Shown piece after piece: positions 18,841-25,418 of a DNA stretch of 25,418 nucleotides. The stretch covers positions 186,001 through 211,418 of the forward strand of contig BCKZ01000018.1 of the NCBI GenBank assembly GCA_001600815.1, given 5' to 3'. Numbering within the stretch: the stretch's first letter is position 1; each line of letters starts with the position of its first letter. Under the pieces are notes generated by a model. It saw only the letters and a list, made by a program, of their open reading frames with translations, searched no databases and was not told the DNA's origin. The position numbers and the translations under genes are program-made. Origin of the DNA: Alloascoidea hylecoeti. Lineage: Eukaryota.

Positions 18841-18848
18841 TATATAAA
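18841..18848 (+). promoter_or_regulatory. TATA box upstream of the 79-aa ORF
   Basis: TATATAAA 70 bp before the ATG at 18919. Confidence 0.5.
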
Positions 18849-18918
18849 TATAAAACAGACATCTCAAGTTCTTTCATAATCATCATCAAAATTAAAACTC
18901 AGAATATAATTTCACATC

Positions 18919-19158
18919 ATGTCTAAATCTATTAGCAGACGATTTATTTTACTTCCAACTGAGCCACAAACATCACGTCTTCAATATACAGAAGGTAAAA
19001 ACGGATCATTGCATTTATCACAACCTCAATTTCAAGTAGTAAGAAAATCACACAAAACTCGGCCCGGGGCAATAAAATCCTTCATAAAAGCAGTAATTGA
19101 TGAACACGAAAGATCAAAATTGTGTAAAGTTTGTCAATCCCCAAAGTGTTATTGCTAA
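18919..19158 (+). CDS. Small basic orphan protein (79 aa) with C-terminal CxxC-x4-CxC
   Basis: ATG in good yeast context (atcATGtct), upstream TATA box, A-rich leader; ends LCKVCQSPKCYC. Confidence 0.55.
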   Translation: MSKSISRRFILLPTEPQTSRLQYTEGKNGSLHLSQPQFQVVRKSHKTRPGAIKSFIKAVIDEHERSKLCKVCQSPKCYC

Positions 19159-19425
19159 GCGTTATAAGGATTAATATCGATATAAATCTTGAGGGAGAAT
19201 ACAAAAACGTTGAATGCCAAGTTTTAAGGTGGGTTGATTTATGGTGTCATAACAGAATCTAATTATAATAATTTACATGATTATGAAATCATGATCAATA
19301 ATAATTTACATGACTATTAATATCAATAATTCTATAATATTGTAATCAGCAAATTGGTTTTATGAATACTTCAAAAAAGTCTCAGCGGCACTATATTTAC
19401 GGGTGATTCTCACATCAGCGAATAG

Positions 19426-19459
19426 AGAAAATATTAGAGAAAATATTAGAGAAAATATT
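19426..19459 (+). repeat. 12-bp minisatellite (gagaaaatatta) x~3
   Basis: Directly visible tandem repeat. Confidence 0.85.
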
Positions 19460-19650
19460 GGTATGCAAGTTATTGTCTAAAATAATGACAATTGAGATAA
19501 GGACAAACAGTTAAAATGGTTTACAAGATGAATTACATGACCTAAATTATAGTGATTCACGATACTCAGAACATGGATAATAAGCTATCTTTTGATTTCT
19601 TTAAGGTTCACTAGTAAAGATCGATGGTAATTGTAAATGATTTTCACATC

Positions 19651-19981
19651 TGTTGAAGTGGAACTACGGAAACAACGGAGATATCTGGATTTTAGAAAAT
19701 TACAGTTAACTGTATTAGAGATATAAGCTAATCGGATGTATGTATGATATGATTTTTTGAGTATATGAGACCAGAGAAGTGAGATGAGCTTATTCCTTTT
19801 AGGAAGGTCTGATCACATGACTATGATCATGTGATATGATTTGATCCCATATTCGTACTTCTACACCTACATAAGCATTGCTAAACAAGTAAATATCCCT
19901 TAAACTTTTAATGGAACCAATTCATTCTTATATGTATTTTCATCCATTATATTTTGTTGTAGATTATGAATGATCTTTCTA
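19651..19981 (+). mobile_element. Possible solo LTR (331 bp)
   Basis: Starts TGTTGAA and is bracketed by ACATC (19646-19650 and 19982-19986). Ends TA rather than the canonical CA; length typical of yeast Ty LTRs. Confidence 0.4.
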
Positions 19982-20614
19982 ACATCAATATTATGAGATA
20001 TATAATCACAATAGATTATAAGTTGTGTAATATGGGGCAAGGTCGGAAATAAAATCAAGCTTTTTCGTAAAAGCATATTTGCATGCGGCCATTGTGAGTG
20101 TAACAGAGTGTTTCTCAACCATAATTAAATGGATCTGGAATTGAAAGTTAAGCAATACATGAAACTGGATGTTCTCTTTTATTTGGCATTATACTATTAT
20201 TATAAAATGATTAATAGATGTTTTTTTTAATGATCTCAGAAATGTCATTTTTTGTTGCATGGCCCCAGAAGAGAAACATTTAAATTTAGCATGATGCAAT
20301 ACATTTCCAATTACTAGGTTTATTTGTGAGAACCTCGGTCAATTGTAACATAAATTGCCACATAAATCATCATAACAAATGGATTGACTCATTAAAAACA
20401 ATATAAACTCATATGGGGTGGCTATGGTTGAAAGGTTCTGAAACATGTAACAGAAGTAGAAAGGCAAACCCAAAAAGTATGAATGTTATATTATAATTGG
20501 CTGAGCGCTGATAACGTTTTCTTACAACATTATTATTACTTCGGATTGCTGGTCAGGTCAAATTTCATGGCCCGAATACTAGATCATGGCAATGCAGATC
20601 AATTTATGCACGCA

Positions 20615-20636
20615 TATATAAACCCCCGGCCCCCCT
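20615..20636 (+). promoter_or_regulatory. TATA box and adjacent STRE-like CCCCT
   Basis: TATATAAA at 20615-20622 and CCCCT at 20632-20636, 75-95 bp upstream of the ATG at 20711. Confidence 0.5.
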
Positions 20637-20710
20637 TCTTTTTCTTTCTCCATCAATTGCTTCTTTTGACGACTCAATTACATTACTAAACTACTACTAC
20701 TACTATTACA

Positions 20711-21013
20711 ATGGGTGAAGCTGATTCTTTCTACGGTTCCTCTTCTAGAGATGACAACAGAGGTCAACAACAACATTCTCAAGGTCAACAGCAAGGCCAA
20801 GAACAAGGTGATGGTGAACGTGGAATCGGTGGCGCTATCGTCGGAGGACTTGCCGGTGGTGTCCTTGGTAAGCTTACTGGACACACCAAATCCGGTGCCG
20901 CCGCTGGTGCTGCCTTAGGCCTCTTTGATGACAAGATCAAGGAAGGTTTCCAAAAATTATCAAACAAGCACAACAATAATAATAACCAACAAGGTCCAGG
21001 TGGCAAATGGTAA
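20711..21013 (+). CDS. Small hydrophilic glycine-zipper protein (100 aa), probably stress-induced
   Basis: GIGGAIVGGLAGGVLG...GAAAGAALG GxxxG repeats with Q/G/N-rich flanks. Codon choice typical of highly expressed yeast genes (GGT, GCC/GCT, AAG, TTC); TATA box; acaATGggt context. Confidence 0.85.
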   Translation: MGEADSFYGSSSRDDNRGQQQHSQGQQQGQEQGDGERGIGGAIVGGLAGGVLGKLTGHTKSGAAAGAALGLFDDKIKEGFQKLSNKHNNNNNQQGPGGKW

Positions 21014-22749
21014 AGAATTTTCCAATTTGGTTCCTTGTGTCTTTAGATTTATGATTTGATTCATTGCAATTGTCATTTAATAGTTGTGGTCTTCTATGGA
21101 TGTTCACATTGAATTGATAATTTATAATTATATATTTTAAATGAAATTATATTATGTTTATTGTATCTTTCTCTAGTAATTTGGTCTTGTGTTTAACATT
21201 GACTCAGCAATTGGGATCAAATAGCTGATGATCCACTATGGCGTTTGTATCTTTTTGTTTGATTGCAATTGTTCTGTCACCAGAAATCTAAAAATGTAGA
21301 CCGGTGCTCGGAAGCTCGGATCGCTCGCCAGTTACTAGCTACTTAACATGAAGATTGTCTTAGGATTAATTAACTAAATTCATGATTAACTTTCCATTTT
21401 AGCTTACAATTGTGGGAGTCCAATTGAGAATAAAAAGTTTCATAATACCCTCGAGCTCGGAGAAAGGTTCAGGCTTTCTTTCTTGGTTATAAGCGGGCCC
21501 GGGAGAGCGTTTTTAGACCTCGGAAGAGACTGGAAATTAAATCCATGTACGGATAATTATAATTAAGGTAAAAAAAGGCTTCAAAAGAAGAAAATGTAAA
21601 TGTAAATGTAAATTGATTTCTCATGAATTATAATCATAACTTCATAAGTAACATGTTAAAACTATTCTTCGTTTTGTGTTAATTGACTCTTAGCGCCGTT
21701 AATGAATGGCGTTCTATAAAGTAAAGTATGACAACTCCCCAAATTCCAGCCTATACTATAATACTTTTAGACCCAGACCTTCTTATGTTATAAATAATAA
21801 ATAATTTGAAGTTCAAAGGCCCGGGCTGGTTGTTTTAGGGACACATATCTATGCTTTCTCGGATCCGGATCATGTAACGCCGATGATCCCAAACGTCCCG
21901 AGACAATTCCAATCTGCATTTAGACCATCTTGATACATTCAGTTTCTTTGGTTTTTAACATTCGGAAAGGGCCTTTCACATACAGAAATTGTTCTATATC
22001 CTTGTTTTTTCTGAAGGGTTCTAACTTAGAGTGGTCTTTGGGGTGCCCGAAATTAGAACTGCGGTCGTACTAACTGAATTCATCAATTGGTCTATTCACT
22101 TATTATGGAGTCTGAAATCACATATATATTAATATTAATACAAGATGAACTTAAGGAGGAATGAAACTACTGTGGTCAGATTTACGCCACAGCCCAAGAA
22201 TTAGACTGTGGATCTAGCTGTATGCTCCTAGCTAATTAATGGAGTGATTAAAGCATGGCATTTCATTTTTGACTTATAAGTGTATTATCAAACAAACAAA
22301 AACAAAAAACTCATATAAAATTAAATCATTCCATTTAAACCCAGTGTATAATGATTGATTATAACTTATTTATCAATTTATTCTAAGCCCCACATAATTC
22401 CAATTGAGATATTGATCTTGCTTGTGTATAGTATAGATTTAACTTCTTCAAATACCACAGTTGTGATCTTTAAGACAGTTGGTAAAACGTTATGCCCACT
22501 CTTAGGGGTCTCATCAGACAGTTTATTCAACAAAACATAAAAAACCCTAAGATTTGTGCATCATGATGTTATTTGTTGCTAAACCAGGTTTGAACAATAC
22601 ATAATTTTTTTTAAATTAAAATTGTGTAATAACTGTCATCCCGTACTTTTTTTGTTTTCAAAAGTATATGTATATTTATTTTGTAGCAATAACTCATGTT
22701 ATTATGAAATTGAAAGAAGGGTTGAAAATTTCAAGATATTGATTCTAGA

Positions 22750-23547
22750 TCAGTGTCCTCTATGCCGTCTTGATCTTTCACGGTCATAGTAATCATCATC
22801 ATATCGTCGTCTTCTTTCCACTTTTTCAGATTTACTTGATTCCCGATATTTATCATGACTTTCTTTACTTTCTCTAACTCTCTCAGAACTTCTGGACCTT
22901 GGTCTTTCACGATGATAGCGATCTGTATACCGTTCTCTTCGTCCTTTTTTATCATCTTTATTTGAGCCCCGATATCTATCTATACTTTCTTTACTTTCTC
23001 GACCTCTATCTATACTTCTAGACCTTGTTCTTGATCGTCTATGCCTATCATGATGTTTATGCTGCCGCCTATCGTCGTTATTTTCTCTAGGATGTGATCT
23101 TTTAGTACTGTTTTCGTTCACAGAGAAAGGTTCATAAGACCTTTTACCCTTCCCTTGTCTTTGTAATCCTCTCTCTTTTCTAGCTTCTTCTCTTTGGCGT
23201 ATTCGTTCTTTAACTTCATCATCCTTATCATTCCCTGTAAACGTATTAACGCCAAGTTCCTTCTCCATGATTTCTTTTTCAAGTTGTTTCATTTTTAACA
23301 CTTCATCATAATTCTTGGAACTTCCTTCATCTACTATATTTTCTTCATCATTATCATTTTTTGTTTTATCATTATCATGTGTATACCACATTAAATCCTT
23401 CCCATTTTGCCATCTTCCAACAGGCGCCATCACACTGTTTCCTAAATAGTTTTCTCGATACTTATCATTTTTAACATCTTCCCAATTGAAATTAGCAGTT
23501 CCTCCTCTTACAGAAGCAGGTTTGAATGAACGACCAACAAGATCCAT
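22750..23547 (-). CDS. MMtag-domain protein (multiple myeloma tumour-associated protein 2 homolog) with RS/RE-rich tail
   Basis: [43 protein letters not shown] is the MMtag family signature; Arg/Ser/Asp-rich C-terminus. Confidence 0.92.
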   Translation of the reverse strand: MDLVGRSFKPASVRGGTANFNWEDVKNDKYRENYLGNSVMAPVGRWQNGKDLMWYTHDNDKTKNDNDEENIVDEGSSKNYDEVLKMKQLEKEIMEKELGVNTFTGNDKDDEVKERIRQREEARKERGLQRQGKGKRSYEPFSVNENSTKRSHPRENNDDRRQHKHHDRHRRSRTRSRSIDRGRESKESIDRYRGSNKDDKKGRRERYTDRYHRERPRSRSSERVRESKESHDKYRESSKSEKVERRRRYDDDYYDRERSRRHRGH

Positions 23548-24056
23548 TTGTTTAAAGTTGTTGTGATTATAAAAGGAAAAAAAGGTGTTGATGGGGGGAG
23601 GTTATTTTACGTTTTTAACAACATTACATTTTTAGCTGCAATTATATTAATATCATGAATCTTGGAATCAAACAAATACTATTGACTATGATGATAAGAT
23701 CTACATCAAGTAGAAACTTAGCTACCAAGTCTCCTAAACACATATTTTCTTTGTAGGTAAATAGTAGACATTCGGGCCAAATATCTATTATGTATTCGGT
23801 GACTACCGGTTTTGCGATGTCACATGATGTTGAATAACAATTGCAATTATAAATATTAGTGTCTCCAATATTAATATTCATACACATATCTATCTTGGGT
23901 TCTACAATTGCACTTAACTTTCATCATTTCATTATTTACTATTTTCACCGGGCTGATATTCGATAACTTTAGCGCTGCATAGCTACGTTCCACCCCATTC
24001 ATAACGACTAATACTACTACTTCATCACTTTTTATATAAAATTTAAACAATTCCCA

Positions 24057-24668
24057 ATGAAGAATCACCAATATAGATTTCAAATTCGATCACCTTCAAA
24101 TTCAAGATCCGTGTCTTCACCTGTATCTGGACCTCCTATCGAACCTAGATCTAGCCCACCTAGTCCTAGCCCTAACCCCCCTAATCTCAGCTATGAAAGG
24201 TCCAATCGTTTCGGGGTAGCTGATGAAGAACACCCAAGGATTATACGACCTCCACGTCAATACGGGCCATACCCTCCAGGATACAGAGAATATAATGAAA
24301 AGATAGAGCGATTTGATCCTGAATCGGCAAATACCTCACAATATATCTCTTCAGCTGGTTCATCGTCCAATACAGCTAACGCTTTACCCGAACCGAGACA
24401 TACTCATACCCGAAATACACAAATGCAACCGATTTCAAATAGCTTTTCAGCCCCCTCTTCACCTACACCCAATTCCTCTGATACGTATAGGTCCACTCAT
24501 GGTCGACGGCAACTTTCGGAGAGAGAGATTAAAATGAGAAAAGAAGAGGTTAGGAGATCACTTTTTTTCCGTATATCTTCGGGAATCCAACATCATAATC
24601 GACGGCTGGAAGTCTTAGAAATTGAAGCACTTATTGGCTTGTTTTTTCTTAAATATGGTGGTTTATAG
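24057..24668 (+). CDS. Pro/Ser-rich orphan protein (203 aa)
   Basis: Uninterrupted ORF, GC-richer than its flanks, with a disordered N-terminal region and helical-looking C-terminus. No recognisable domain. Confidence 0.55.
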   Translation: MKNHQYRFQIRSPSNSRSVSSPVSGPPIEPRSSPPSPSPNPPNLSYERSNRFGVADEEHPRIIRPPRQYGPYPPGYREYNEKIERFDPESANTSQYISSAGSSSNTANALPEPRHTHTRNTQMQPISNSFSAPSSPTPNSSDTYRSTHGRRQLSEREIKMRKEEVRRSLFFRISSGIQHHNRRLEVLEIEALIGLFFLKYGGL

Positions 24669-25060
24669 CCATACAGTTTGCTTATAATACCTTGAATTCG
24701 AATGCTTTAAAATTATAATTCATAATCAACTAGCATACCCAGAGTATACCATTCAATTAGCTACATATATATTTAAGCTTTATATTTCTAAACATATAGG
24801 TTATATAAGTCACCGTTGGAAAAATTTAGATCCATGCAAAGTCACCTTCATGCGTTGTCGTCCGCATGCATCTGAATATGATAAATCTCACGTTTGAGTC
24901 CATCCGTATCGCAGGACGGAACGAGATATTCGAATTTAGAATTCGGTTTGCATTTTACGAGTTTTCGGTTCGGATTGTAAAATTTATTATTATTAAAATT
25001 TATTAAAATTTATTAAATATTATATAAAATATATAATTAAATAGATATATACGTGGCTTT

Positions 25061-25418
25061 AAAAATCCCCAAATTTAACCGCATTTACCTAAACACACCG
25101 AACAAAATGATATCGACATTGTTAACACGAACATATACCCTCCTTGAATTCATCTGCGACTGAAATTATAAATCTACTGAAATTAAATTAACCAACAATT
25201 ACCTAAACAGTTTCATTTGATCGTTAGATGATATCGATATTGATAATGATACATATATAGAACATACCCCTTATTTATTCTTGTTAAATTTCGAGAACTT
25301 CTTCAACGAAACTTTAGGAAATCTATTGAAATTAAATTAACCAACAATTACCTAGACAGTTTCATTTGATCGTTAGATGATATCGATATTGATAATGATA
25401 CATATATAGAACATACCC
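25061..25418 (+). repeat. 149-bp-period tandem repeat running off the window end, preceded by a shorter diverged unit
   Basis: 25171-25269 matches 25320-25418 with 2 substitutions. 25061-25170 shares ttacctaaaca, atgatatcga.attg and cata..ccc. Confidence 0.9.

Noticed and set aside
22510..22570. Possible box C/D snoRNA on the minus strand (ATGATGC...CTGA)
   Set aside because: Imperfect C box, short, and no recognisable rRNA guide.
1..25418. tRNA, rRNA or CRISPR arrays
   Set aside because: No cloverleaf with A/B boxes, rRNA-like sequence or repeat-spacer array was seen; the context is eukaryotic.

Overview
AT-rich fungal DNA, most consistent with a budding yeast (intronless genes, poly-Asn tracts); the species cannot be determined from the sequence. 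Intact host genes: a divergent small heat-shock-like ORF (559-996), a CreC/WDR20-type WD40 protein (12605-15031), a glycine-zipper stress-type protein (20711-21013), an MMtag-domain protein (22750-23547) and two orphan ORFs. The stretch from about 1.8 to 20 kb is a transposon graveyard. It holds four decayed copies of one pogo/Fot1-like DNA transposon (one is an in-frame deletion derivative keeping only the DNA-binding ORF), a Tc1-like remnant with a Tourist-like MITE inserted in its terminal repeat, a TA-flanked MITE, and three solo-LTR-like insertions. It also holds orphaned 3' fragments of host genes (MTC5/SEA3, peroxisomal Lon, two unidentified). The standout is 9577-11651. After collapsing an assembly overlap and correcting two homopolymer frameshifts it reads as one ~628-aa protein: coiled coil, then PD-(D/E)xK nuclease, then a minimal protein kinase. 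This is the layout of Crinkler-type REase+kinase effectors and of Podospora Spok meiotic drivers, with signs of a polymorphic or multicopy family. All assignments come from manual motif reading and by-eye alignment; no database searches were run.
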